DNA of 64,000 bases from Octopus bimaculoides (GCF_001194135.2 NC_068988.1:78840174-78904173), one strand, 5' to 3'. Positions 13,379 through 25,903 are shown, counted from the stretch's first letter. Made by a program: numbers and translations. Notes: generated from the sequence alone by a model not told the origin.

Positions 13379-13528
13379 ATGGGAGAGGAACGCTAAGAAG
13401 TTCCTGGCATGTTCACTGTTACCATAAGTGTGTGAATCTGAGAGAAATATATTGAATAAAATCATAATTAACTGATCTTCTTGTATTTTGTTTTACACAG
13501 AGCCAGGAACTCCTCAGCACCCCTCGTA
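13379..13528. mobile_element. Mariner-type MITE (~150 bp)
   Basis: Right TIR AGCCAGGAACTCCTCAGCACCCCTCG followed by TA (reverse complement TA-CGAGGGGTGCTGAGGAGTTCCTGGCT). The left end GGGAGAGGAACGCTAAGAAGTTCCTGGC is a degenerate match. TA-rich flanks. Confidence 0.65.
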
Positions 13529-14251
13529 TATATATATAATCTCTCTCTCTCTCTCTCTCCCTCTATCTCTCTCTCTCTCTCCCTCCCTCTCTCTCCCTCT
13601 CTCTTTCTCCCTCTCTCTCTCCCTCTCTCTCTCTCTCCCTCTCCCTCTCTCTCTCTCTTTGTGTGTGTATGTGTGTATGAGTGTTACATTGCAGAAAATT
13701 GTATAAAAGATATCGATTTTGCGTCTATAGAATGAATCACATATCAATTACTTATTGGTAAGACATAGATATAGGTTTCTTTTATGTCCATGTGTTGAAG
13801 AGCTCGCTGAAAGATTCATCTATACTCGAAATTGTCTTTCCTTTGCAAGTTTCGGAGAGGTTAGCACATGATCTTTCTTGTTATCTTACACAGTAGACCA
13901 CATTTCTTTCTGTATATTTGATATGTTGATTGTGGCACAAATCTCACAATTCTTTTTACAAATAGATAGTTCAGATTTTTTTAAATCTCTGTTATTTCAA
14001 TACTAGATGTGGTATCTACATGCATTGCATTGCCAAACCTTAAGTTTAGTCAATATACTGTCATTAGCTATGTTATGATTTTCTCCAGTTGCACTCTTTG
14101 TTACAATACAAAGCGTAAATTGTATCTGTTAACATTCTTTAGTATATTTCGAAACCTTTCTTTGGCTCTTTTATACAATCTATCTTTTTGTGTGTAACTG
14201 AATAACCAGGTAACTGCACACACAAACACAAATATACTTTCTCTTTCTCTC

Positions 14252-14338
<87 letters not shown>

Positions 14339-14940
14339 GTCACTCACTCGGTTCTAGTTATTAGTTACCCGCTTTGTAAAGAGTTGTCATGCGTCCAATA
14401 ATCTGTCAGTTATTCCGCCATCTTAGAAAACACAGACCAAATAGATTGCTACTAGATTGCATATAACTACAGACTGTTGGTGCAATCTGTAAGTCAAAAG
14501 TTATTTTTAAACTGTCGTATCGATCAAATTGAATCATATAACATTTCGCCGAAATGGACTGAATTTGAATTCCAAGTGTTTTTCTCTCTCTACTTTTCTT
14601 CCTTTCGCTTTATAACCACTATATTTTTCTCGGTCATTTTACCACTTTCGCTTTCTCTCTCACTTTCTTTTTCTCTCCGTCTTTTCCTTCTTTTCCTCTC
14701 CTTTTTTGTCCTTCTCTCTCTCTCTCTCTCTCTCACATACACACTTACACACACACGCACGCACGCACAATCACACACAAACGCACAGAAAGGTCTCTCT
14801 TCGTTATTTCTCCTCTTTTTTATGTTCTGATATATTCTCTCTTTCCTTCATCAATAGAGTGTTAGCTATGACAGACATAGTTATATATAGACAGATAATA
14901 GACCTATAGAAAATTGGATAAATTAATCGATATCGTTTCA

Positions 14941-15007
<67 letters not shown>

Positions 15008-15613
15008 TCGCATAAAAACATGCATTGATATACTTGTACGTTTATATATGTACATAGGTACATCTAGGATAGGTAGGTAGTTGATAGATAGATAGATAGA
15101 TAGATAAGTAGACTTATAAATATATTTACCACTGCCTATCTTCTTTTTTTTAGCTCATTTTTCTTTCATCTCGTTTCTCTTCGTCCAATTTTACATTGTT
15201 TCTCTCTTCCTTCTGTTTCTTTCTCTTATGTACTTTGTCAATACCAGATTTATCTCGGTCACCTCCCCCACTTTTTCTCTCGTTTCTGTATTCTCTTTCT
15301 CCCTTCCCTCTGACGTTTGTGCAAGTAAAATATTGGAATTGGTAAAATGCCATTAAAAATATATTTCCAGGAAACCTTGGCACTATAAAAATCTTATAGT
15401 TTCTTGTCTTATTTGCTGATTACTACATATTTTATTGTCCGTATTATTATTTATGGTTCTCTGTGACATTCACCCGTTGTTCATCATTGGTAAAATAATT
15501 ATGAGGTCGTTGATCTCCGCTATAACTCCCACCTTTACAAAAATGTTGTTCTTGGTTCACCTGAGGACAACCATAATCGAGCAGATCTATAACTAAAGCA
15601 TTCAAGACATATC

Positions 15614-15853
15614 TTTCTTCTGTTCATGTTTCTCAAACACGGTGTATCTACATTTAATTCTCTAATGTAACCCAGTAAAGTATCATATGAGGTAATGTTC
15701 ACTGTTTTTACTAGCCTGTCATGCTATTATGTGAAGGTACCTTCCTTGGTCCAGTCTTTTACATGTATCGTTTCTTCTGTTCATGTTTCTCAAAAACGGT
15801 GTATCTATAATTAAATTCTCTAATGTGACCCAGCAAAGTATCATATGAGGTAA
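15614..15853. repeat. Local direct duplication, ~82-bp unit, period 157
   Basis: TTTCTTCTGTTCATGTTTCTCAAA.ACGGTGTATCTA...AAAGTATCATATGAGGTAA at 15614-15695 and again at 15771-15853. Confidence 0.92.
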
Positions 15854-16119
15854 CATGTAACAGTTTCGTTATATCGTATAAAATGGTTTCTGCTTCCTAA
15901 GATAATTACAAACACCAGGAATTTTGTTTGATAGAGAAACAAAGAATAGATTAAAATCGAAACCTTAGGGCTGGTTGATGGATATTTCATATTGATCTAA
16001 GGAGGACGAAAAACAAAGAATTAAATAATTCTTTTCAAACCCGAGAGGAATTTGAATCCAGAACTTAAAGACATGTAACTAAATACAAAATATATACCGG
16101 AGCTTGATGGAATTCAAGG

Positions 16120-16669
16120 TAGGCTTTGTCGGAAAAAATTCATATAGCCAAGGTAATGTTCACACGTGTAGCAGGTGAACCTTATGTGGAGCCATATTGT
16201 AATATATGGTACAAGATTAAGTGTAACTGACAATTTTGTTTCTGGGCAGCATGGTTCCCTAGATGCAGAAGTACATGAACGCGTTCTGAAATAATTGTAG
16301 CATTTGAGAAGCATGAAAAAAGAGTCTGGGCAAATTACAGCATCACCAAGATCAGGCGTTTACAAGGCATGTATTCTAATAGTTATTTTGCTCTTTACTG
16401 AAACATGGACAGTACACTGATATTGCAATCTTCTTGAATGCTTTCATTAAAAATGTCTGATGCATACTCGACATCAAGTGGCAAAGTAAAACACTTGACA
16501 CAGAATCTTTCAAAGGCAGAATGCACAAGCTTTCAGTCACTTATAACATTTAGATGCAATGGCCGGGTCACGTTGTGCGTATGGAAAAAGTCGATTCCAA
16601 AGCAACTATTCAGCGGTGAGCTGTGTACCGAATGCGTCTTAGGCATAAACTACAAAATAAATAAATACA

Positions 16670-16700
<31 letters not shown>

Positions 16701-17237
16701 ACAAAATAAATAAAATAAAATTACAAAAACTGTCATAAAAGGCAACCTGAAGGAACTGCAAATCAATGTGAATAACTAACTTTGGAAAGAGCAGAGTTGC
16801 GGAAACGTATAGGGGGAAGCTGTAAAACTTTCGAAGTGGGGGGCCTTGAGCACGAAAGTCTAAAGCAGTGGCTTTAGAGGTTGTCATCAGAATCTCATAG
16901 AGAACCTAAAGTGTTGGAGGTGTGAAACTTGTCACGTGCTCCTCTCCAAGGCTAGGTATATCAACCATCTCAAGTCCCGCGAAAGATCAAATGTCCTTCC
17001 TCCTAGACCAGTTAATTCGACGTTCGTAGTATGTGAGAGGGCTTTCAAGTCGATTTCGTGACGGTTCACAGGGATCATATTTCGCAAAGTAATCCGATCG
17101 ATCCAGTGGAAGTTGGAACTTTCGCCCGTCAATTATGCTTCACACCATGTAGAATCCGGGCTGAATAGTCGTCTCAGTGGCCGTAAACGGAATATCAGCA
17201 ACACGGCAATCATCTATGAAGATGGAGCAATGACAAA
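16120..17237 (+). mobile_element. Degenerate RTE-clade (BovB-like) LINE 3' portion with C-terminal C2H2-like fingers
   Basis: Frameshifted motifs in the expected order: KVMFTRVAGEPYVEP, IYGTRLSVTDNF, LDAEVHERVLK, VYKAC..TETWT, QWPGHVVRMEK/IPKQLFSGEL; then an inserted (AAAT)n, KGNLKELQIN, WRCETCHVLLSKARYINHLKS and VVCERAFKSIS. Ends in (GTAT)n. Confidence 0.85.
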
Positions 17238-17493
17238 GTATGTATGTATGTATGAATGTATGTATGTATGTATTTATGTATGTATGTATGTATGTATGTA
17301 TGTATGTACGGATGGATGGAGGGATGGATGGATGGATGGATGGATGGATGGATGGATGGATGGACGAACGGGTGTGTGAGGTAGATGAAACAAAAACATT
17401 CTCAATATGCATATATATATATATATATATATTTCGTTTGGGGATTTGGTTTGCAAGATTCTTTAGGTGAGTTGGTGTGTTGAAACATTCTGT

Positions 17494-18754
17494 TGTGTCT
17501 GGGGAGAGTCATTCCCTTTTTGTGCCTTATAATTCAACACACTCACAAGTAAAATTTCCACTCATTTCCTTATTCAATTTTCTAAACTTTTCGATGTTTC
17601 TTGCAACGTTTTCAATAGTCTTTGACTCTGTCCGTTATTGAAACTGCGTTCTTTTTGTTTGTTTGTGCGCATGTGTGTGGGTCAATGTGTGTGTGCATAC
17701 ACATGTATGTATGCATGTATGTATGCATGTATGTATATATATATGTATGCATGTATGTACGTGTGTGTGTGTGCGTATGTATATATGTATATATGTGCGT
17801 ACGTTTGTATGTATGCTGCTTGCATATTCATGTGTTTATGTGTCCGTATGTGTGTTTGCATGTGTGTGTGTATCTCTGACTCATTGTGTGTGCATGTCTG
17901 AGTGTGTATGTGTATGGGTTTTTGTTTGCAACTATGTACTGTGTCTGTATGTATGGATGTATATCTCCATATGTATGNNNNNNNNNNNNNNNNNNNNNNN
18001 NNNNNNNNNNNNNNNNNNNNNNNNNNNNNNNNNNNNNNNNNNNNNNNNNNNNNNNNNNNNNNNNNNNNNNNNNNNNNNNNNNNNNNNNNNNNNNNNNNNN
18101 NNNNNNNNNNNNNNNNNNNNNNNNNNNNNNNNNNNNNNNNNNNNNNNNNNNNNNNNNNNNNNNNNNNNNNNNNNNNNNNNNNNNNNNNNNNNNNNNNNNN
18201 NNNNNNNNNNNNNNNNNNNNNNNNNNNNNNNNNNNNNNNNNNNNNNNNNNNNNNNNNNNNNNNNNNNNNNNNNNNNNNNNNNNNNNNNNNNNNNNNNNNN
18301 NNNNNNNNNNNNNNNNNNNNNNNNNNNNNNNNNNNNNNNNNNNNNNNNNNNNNNNNNNNNNNNNNNNNNNNNNNNNNNNNNNNNNNNNNNNNNNNNNNNN
18401 NNNNNNNNNNNNNNNNNNNNNNNNNNNNNNNNNNNNNNNNNNNNNNNNNNNNNNNNNNNNNNNNNNNNNNNNNNNNNNNNNNNNNNNNNNNNNNNNNNNN
18501 NNNNNNNNNNNNNNNNNNNNNNNNNNNNNNNNNNNNNNNNNNNNNNNNNNNNNNNNNNNNNNNNNNNNNNNNNNNNNNNNNNNNNNNNNNNNNNNNNNNN
18601 NNNNNNNNNNNNNNNNNNNNNNNNNNNNNNNNNNNNNNNNNNNNNNNNNNNNNNNNNNNNNNNNNNNNNNNNNNNNNNNNNNNNNNNNNNNNNNNNNNNN
18701 NNNNNNNNNNNNNNNNNNNNNNNNNNNNNNNNNNNNNNNNNNNNNNNNNNNNNN

Positions 18755-18793
<39 letters not shown>

Positions 18794-19215
18794 ACCCACA
18801 CACACCCATGCAAGCGCACACGCATACACGCACACAGAAACACGGACACAAACAAATGAATATGTAGGCAGAATACATACATACAAACGTACACACATAC
18901 ACACATATATACATACGCACAAACACACACATACGTACATGCATACATACATACATACATACATACATACATGCATACATACATATATACATACATACAT
19001 GTGTATGCACACACACACACTCACACTGACCCACACATGCACACAAACAAATATAAAGAACGCAGTTTCAATAACGTACAGAGTCAACAACTATTGAAAA
19101 GGTTGCAAGATGCAACGAAAATTTTAGAAAAATAAATAAGTAAATGAGTGGAAATTTTACGAGTGTGTATGTTAAATTATAAGGCACTAAAAGGGAATGA
19201 CTCTCCCCAGACACA
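17494..19215. repeat. Pair of ~400-bp inverted repeats flanking an assembly gap
   Basis: 17494-~17875 is the reverse complement of ~18805-19215, e.g. GGGAATGACTCTCCCCAGACACA, AATGAGTGGAAATTTTAC, GAACGCAGTTTCAATAACG. The microsatellite-rich interior is also homologous. Confidence 0.9.
17978..18754. other. Assembly gap (one of 13)
   Basis: N-runs at 17978-18754, 19239-19783, 22160-22238, 28472-28801, 30000-30298, 35837-36160, 44777-45539, 47676-48254, 50040-50064, 51727-51915, 56584-56593, 58375-58458 and 61368-61755; most are bounded by microsatellites. Confidence 0.99.
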
Positions 19216-19887
19216 AAAGTATATATATATATATATATNNNNNNNNNNNNNNNNNNNNNNNNNNNNNNNNNNNNNNNNNNNNNNNNNNNNNNNNNNNNNN
19301 NNNNNNNNNNNNNNNNNNNNNNNNNNNNNNNNNNNNNNNNNNNNNNNNNNNNNNNNNNNNNNNNNNNNNNNNNNNNNNNNNNNNNNNNNNNNNNNNNNNN
19401 NNNNNNNNNNNNNNNNNNNNNNNNNNNNNNNNNNNNNNNNNNNNNNNNNNNNNNNNNNNNNNNNNNNNNNNNNNNNNNNNNNNNNNNNNNNNNNNNNNNN
19501 NNNNNNNNNNNNNNNNNNNNNNNNNNNNNNNNNNNNNNNNNNNNNNNNNNNNNNNNNNNNNNNNNNNNNNNNNNNNNNNNNNNNNNNNNNNNNNNNNNNN
19601 NNNNNNNNNNNNNNNNNNNNNNNNNNNNNNNNNNNNNNNNNNNNNNNNNNNNNNNNNNNNNNNNNNNNNNNNNNNNNNNNNNNNNNNNNNNNNNNNNNNN
19701 NNNNNNNNNNNNNNNNNNNNNNNNNNNNNNNNNNNNNNNNNNNNNNNNNNNNNNNNNNNNNNNNNNNNNNNNNNNNNNNNNNNGCATAAATGTCAGATAG
19801 CCTATGTGGAAAACGATTGGATGAAAAGATGAAGAGTATGAAATTTTACCAACATGAGCAAATTGAAATGGACACAAATACGTATGT

Positions 19888-19930
<43 letters not shown>

Positions 19931-20689
19931 TATGTACGCATGTGTGTATGTATGTATATGTTTTATGTGGCCAAAAACTCGAAACGACGTGTTGAAACAA
20001 CAGTTTTATTAGTATAGTTACACATACAAACACAGACTTGCGCGCGCACACACACACATTTAAGTAAGCATATATGTATAAACGTATATAAAATTTATCC
20101 ATACTTTTAATTTATGGTCTTTATTGAATGAAAAAAATGAAAACAAAAATAATAAAAAGACAATACATATAACAAAAACTATGAGGACTTCAAATAAAGA
20201 AATCGATACTGTTCTATGTGATCAATTTTGAATATCTGATCTAGTAGCGGAAATTCAATAATCGTATCAATTCATTGCAAAATATTACGAACCATAACGT
20301 ATGTTCCTTCTATTGATCTGACAGACCGTAGATATTTTTGTAATGTGATGTCTACTATATCAAATGGTTATGATGTGGAGTAAATTTAAGACTGGCTTCC
20401 GAGTCAACTCACAGCTGTGTTTCAGTTCCTTTAACACATTACTTCATTGTAACACTGGCAATAATCACAAAAGTTTGCTGTCTGTGTCGCTTGATTCATA
20501 ATGTGGTATTATGTCAGTTGTTTGTCATGGTAATACTGTTGTGATTAGCTTTAGTTTAGATTTGATGGTTCCGGTTTGATACAGTGTACATACATTCAGG
20601 AATAAGACAATGACGACTGGATTTGGAGCCTGCTGAAATATAAAGATGCAGATATATTGAAAAAATATTTTATCTATGACATTCTTCTT

Positions 20690-21370
20690 TCTTGCTTTTA
20701 ACCCTCCAACGCGGAGTATAGGCCACTTATAATTGAATTCCATGTCGCATAATTTTTCGCTTCTGTACTTATACTCTGCCATGAATGTCCCCCTTTCTCT
20801 AGTTCCTTTTGTGTTGATCTACGCCACGAGTTCTTAGGCCTACCCCTCTTTCTATATCCATCCGGATTCCACTGTAAAGCACTTTTCGCTACATTTGGTG
20901 TGTCCTTTCTAATTGTGCTTCCAATCTACTTCCACTTTTTCTTAAATATTTGCTCCCTAATTGAAACTTGATTTGTTCTTTGCCATAGCTCCATATTGCT
21001 TATGTGTTCTGGCCATCTGATTTTAAGTATACTAAGCAAGCACCTGTTGATGAATGATTGTTTTTGCTTATTTGACTTAACTGTTGTTCTCCATGTTTCA
21101 GCCCCATGCAATAACACCGCTTTTACGTTAGTGTTAAACATTCTTATTTTGTTCTTTATTGAAATTACACTTGCGCTCCACACTTAGACCTAAAACTTCT
21201 CTTTGACATTTTGACATTTTTACTTATGTAATTTATGATGTCTTTTGAGATCGGAGAAAATGATGTCACAATAGAGAGCCATGTGACAGAAATTGATGAA
21301 GAACTTGTCGGATCTGGATTTATTGAGCTATTGAGTGTTAATTGTGCTAATTTGTTTAGCTGTGAAGTGA
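20690..21370 (-). mobile_element. Degenerate RTE-clade LINE 3' fragment
   Basis: The minus strand gives IKNKIRMFNTNVKAVLLHGAETWRTT...FINRCLLSILKIRWPEHISNMELWQRTNQ, then ALQWNPDGYRKRGRPKNSWR, which are typical post-RT RTE motifs. Confidence 0.88.
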
Positions 21371-22271
21371 TCAAAGCATTGATGTAACAAGTCTATGGCC
21401 GGTAAACCGATATCGTATAAAACTTCTTACGAGCAGAAGTACAACCCATTCAGTTGTTGAGAAAAGACCGAAGTTTAAGCCATATTCCCAGAACCCATCC
21501 CTCTCCAAGCTATTAATGATATTCAAAACTACAGGCAAAATACAGGTGTTATTTAGGAAAATGTTTTGATACCTTCTACAAATACACGAACATCACAATG
21601 TGAACATGAATTGTATCAAAGATGCAAATGAAATTGCTTAGCTGCAAACTGAAGCCGTTTAGCGGATTCGGTTCGTTAGTTACTTGCCTCTTACTATATG
21701 GCAACCGTACAATTCTGATTAAATCTTCAGCTTTACTTAATCATTCACAATTTCTAGACACGCAAACTTGATTACTTCTATCTTAAGTGGTCTCCTTACT
21801 TTTATTGACTGTCTCACCCAAGATAGTGAAGTTTTACGCTTCATTTCACTGATACAATCACAGTATTTTATAGAATCAATAATAACCACGGCTTTTTATT
21901 AAGCACGCTATTATTATTAATGTTGGTTGGTGTGTTAGTATATGTGATGACCAGCTTCAAGTAGGTTTTATTAATTGACTCTATCACTCAGGAATATCAG
22001 ATATAACGGGTGAAACAATGATTTCTCAATTATACTCGATATCCTACTTTTCCATTTCATGTAAATTAAAGCTAAGAGTCTTCGCGCTTTTCTTAAAATA
22101 TAACATTACTTTAAATATAATACATAAAATATATAAAACGTAATATATATATATATATANNNNNNNNNNNNNNNNNNNNNNNNNNNNNNNNNNNNNNNNN
22201 NNNNNNNNNNNNNNNNNNNNNNNNNNNNNNNNNNNNNNTATATATACATACATACATACATATATGTCCAA

Positions 22272-22682
22272 TTTGTTGCAGTTAATTGACTGCAGCCATG
22301 CTGGGGCACCGCCTTGGAGGGTTTTTGTCGAACAAATCGACCTTAGGACTTACTTTTTGAAGCCTAGTACTTATTCTATCGGTCTCTTACAGAACCACTA
22401 AGTTACGGGGACGTAAATACACCATCACCAGTTGTAGACAAACACCAGACACACACACACACACACCAATACACACACAAACACACACACACACACACAC
22501 ATGCGCGCACGGTCGCGCTCGCACGCACACCTATGTACGACAGGCTTCTTTTTTCCGCCTACCAAATCCACTCACAAGGCAAGAGCAGAAGACACTTACC
22601 CAAGGTGCTACGCAGTGAGACTGAACTCAGAGACATGTGATTAAGAAGCTAGCTTCTTACTACACTTCCACGCCTGCGCCTA
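22272..22682 (-). mobile_element. SINE family A, full length, diverged, with internal (CA)n
   Basis: Collinear with 29557-29965: tail CCATGCTGGGGCACCGCC, body GTACTTATTCTATCGGTCTC, head AATCCACTCACAAGGC...CCTGCGCCTA. Confidence 0.88.
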
Positions 22683-22744
22683 CACACACACACACATACA
22701 CACACACATACATACATACATGCATAGATACATACATACATACA

Positions 22745-22778
<34 letters not shown>

Positions 22779-22792
22779 CATATATATATAAA

Positions 22793-22965
22793 TATACTTC
22801 ATTTAAAAGCAGCAGAAATATAAAAAAAAACAAAAAAACTGTTACTCGGAGTAACAGTTTTTTGTTATATTTCTGCTGCTTTTAAATAAAGCATATTACT
22901 CTACCTCTGGTATTTGAGTACTCTTTTGTCCACCTTGTTGCACATTTATGTGCTCACTCCGGTAT
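22793..22965. mobile_element. Hairpin-plus-tail repeat, copy 1
   Basis: Near-perfect palindrome 22793-22895 centred on GTTACTC-G-GAGTAAC, followed by TTACTCTACCTCTGGTATTTGAGTACT..., which is shared with the copy at 33014. Confidence 0.8.
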
Positions 22966-23051
22966 GAACTCTTTTGTCTTCGTATTTCATCTTGTTTACT
23001 GTTGGTGATATCCTGTACCCATATATGCATATATATATATATATATATATA

Positions 23052-23097
<46 letters not shown>

Positions 23098-24239
23098 TGT
23101 ATAGATTGATAGATATATGCATATATGCATATATATGTTATTTATATTATATATATTGATAATATAATAAGCTATTTCAGCAGCAGACCTGATCGTAAGT
23201 AAATGGGAGATGCGAGACACCGAATATATATTTTTGAAGATGTCTAGCTCTATACCCAGAGAAATATTTGATCTTGCTGACATATGAAACGCTCGTTAAT
23301 TAACTACATTTATAAAGCAAATATTTCATTGAAAACACTTACATTTCAAGTTGAAAAATATATATGTGACTTATTTCTCACTCCAGTGCATCATACTGCT
23401 CTCTCACAATTACAATGATTTACACCTTTAGATTAAAGTGATGCTATCTAATAATATATTCGAATAGTACCGTCTCGTTAACTCACTGCTTAGATTTATC
23501 TTGCACTCGGACTCAAAGTCTTTGATTTTCCCCTCTCTCTCTCTCTCTCTCCCTCTTTGTCTATCTGTCTGTCTCTCTTTTATTTATGTTTTATTTATGT
23601 TTTATTTATGTTTTATTTATTTATGTTTAGAATGCATCTCCTACTTTTACCTATATTCCTCGAAGTAATACTACAGGAAATCCTATATTTCTGGAACCTG
23701 GCTTCCTGAAAGAAGTTTGTTATATAGATAGCAATGGGTTTATTCAGTAAATGTTTATGTCCAGTGGATTCCGTTTCTCCAGTCCTCTTAATCGATATGG
23801 TGTTGTTCTCCATTGACTGATTTACAAACTTTCAGCATAGATCCTGAAATACCGACTTAAGATAATTAAGAATATATGGAACTCATGTGACCCAATGTGC
23901 GAGCAACACGATCTGTTAAAAATAGCAGCCATGTTTGTTCTCAGACCACATCCCAATGTCTTAAAAAATAAAAGATCATACTTCACAATGTACCCTGTTA
24001 TGGTTTTAGGCACGTCATATCTAAAAAATAATAAAGATGTCGTGCTTACGTAAGATAGACCTTTGATGAAATCTGTTTTTTTGTATGTTTGTTTTATCAC
24101 ATTGAACCTAGAATTAAGTGATGTTAACAAATCTTCAAAAGGTGACCATCAAATAGTAAAGGACTTTTATTGAGTATATGGTTGAAGACATTGGAATTTC
24201 AAGGAAGAATGCACGGTACAAGGTACCAAGCCGACACTG

Positions 24240-24283
24240 ATTACACGGTAGCCATGCTGAGTATAGCAGGGCTACTGTGTAAT
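24240..24283. other. Isolated 44-nt hairpin in apparently non-repetitive sequence
   Basis: ATTACACGGTAGCC / GGCTACTGTGTAAT (14 bp including one G-T), an A.G mismatch, TGCT/AGCA, and a 6-nt loop. Confidence 0.6.
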
Positions 24284-25464
24284 TCCTTCTTTCAGTCTTA
24301 CTCCACACTCTCTGACACACACACACACATACACGCACATTAGTAAAACTACATAGACATACTAGCATGGCAAATTTAGCTATTTCTCCCTAGTTTTAGA
24401 ATGAAAAAACGATAAACAACCTTAATCAATTATCGGACATTATTGGGTTCTCGTCAGATGTGTCTACATCATTTGGCCAAACCGGAGAAATACGTAACTA
24501 ACCTATTTATATACACAAGAAATCCAGTAGCTTCAGAGGACGGGCCTACTGATTTACATATTATAAGTGTTCAACACTTTATTTAATATCAGCAACCTGT
24601 CAACGGGATCTCAGTCCACACATCGAAGTTTGTATAAATTATATACACAGAAAGTCACTACACATACATTTTATATACACAACAAATCAGTGCCACTATA
24701 TATAATTTCGTCTTCTGTTATTATACAAAGCCTATTTCAAATTGTGAAGAGTTATTCGTAATCTTTGAACAAAAGATAAAATGCTACTTTGTAGACTTTA
24801 TTGAGTGCCTTTGAGTACAAACAAATATTTGAGAGGAAGCAGCCTATTCTTAAAAGATATAACCCGACAGAGTTTTGTTGTTGTTATTGATGTTCCTTGT
24901 TTTTGCATTCTTCTTCTTATTTTCATGTTTTTCTTGGCTCGGTCGTCTCTCTCAATTCCTACCGCATTTACAATCTTTGTGCTGTTTAACTGAACTAATA
25001 CACTTAGCAAGTTGTTGAATCTGTCAACAACTGCACTGTTTAATAAACTGCCTGCACCGACAGACCATCACAATACATGGCCTCTTGCTAAGATATATAA
25101 ACTATTTTACAGTAAAATAAAATAAAAAATAGAATAGGCATACGAAAAAAACAAGCAAAAAATTAAAGTGAAGGGGGGAAATGTACTTGAGCTGTTTAGT
25201 GTAAATTCCATTCAGCTTTCTTGCGATTTACACTTCCCTTGCTTTCATGGTGTCGAGAACGTCTTTTATTTGTGGCTTTCTTAGTTCAGTATTAACTTTC
25301 TTTATTTCTTTAGCAACGCTCTTTCGGTGGTTTCAATTTCTAACTGTCAAGAGAGATGTTTTAAGTGTTTTAACACTCTCTTGTGAAAATTATTGTAGTC
25401 TGGACACAACATCCGTTACTTCGTCTGCATTAATAATTTGAACGCATATATTCTTTTCTATTCT

Positions 25465-25665
25465 AGGCACAAGGCCTGAAATTTTGGGGGGAAGGGCCAG
25501 TCGATTAGATAGACTCCTGTACCCAACTGGTACTTAATTTATCGACCGCGAAAGGAGGAAAGGCAAAGTCGACCTCGGCGGAATTTGAACGCAGAACGTA
25601 AAGACAGACGACATACCGCTAAGCATTTTGCCTGCATGCTAATGTTCCTGCCAGCTCGCTGCCTT
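25465..25665 (-). mobile_element. SINE family B, near full length
   Basis: GGCAAAGTCGACCTCGGCGGAATTTGAAC (reverse-strand B-box GTTCAAATTCC) and CCAGCTCGCTGCCTT head; collinear with the other copies. Confidence 0.9.
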
Positions 25666-25788
25666 CCAATTTGAACACATATATTGTCGCATGACTTAAT
25701 ATAGAGGTTCACTTCGTGAATGTCGACGGTTAGCAAACATACAAAACAACACAGACACAGAAGCAGACAGACAGACACACATGCATAC

Positions 25789-25851
<63 letters not shown>

Positions 25852-25853
<2 letters not shown>

Positions 25854-25903
25854 CTCTTTTACTTGTTTCAGTCATTTGACTGCGGCCATGCTGGAGCACC
25901 ACC
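25852..25903 (-). mobile_element. Tail-only SINE family A copy
   Basis: TACTCTTTTACTTGTTTCAGTCATTTGACTGCGGCCATGCTGGAGCACC matches 29563-29611 exactly and is followed by ACC instead of GCC; it abuts (TA)n. Confidence 0.9.

Noticed and set aside
17663-20102. Very long ORFs (200-450 aa) here and at 28.3-30.4, 35.7-36.3, 44.6-45.8, 47.6-48.3 and 61.2-62.0 kb
   Set aside because: They stay open only because they cross N-runs and dinucleotide repeats; there is no protein-like sequence.
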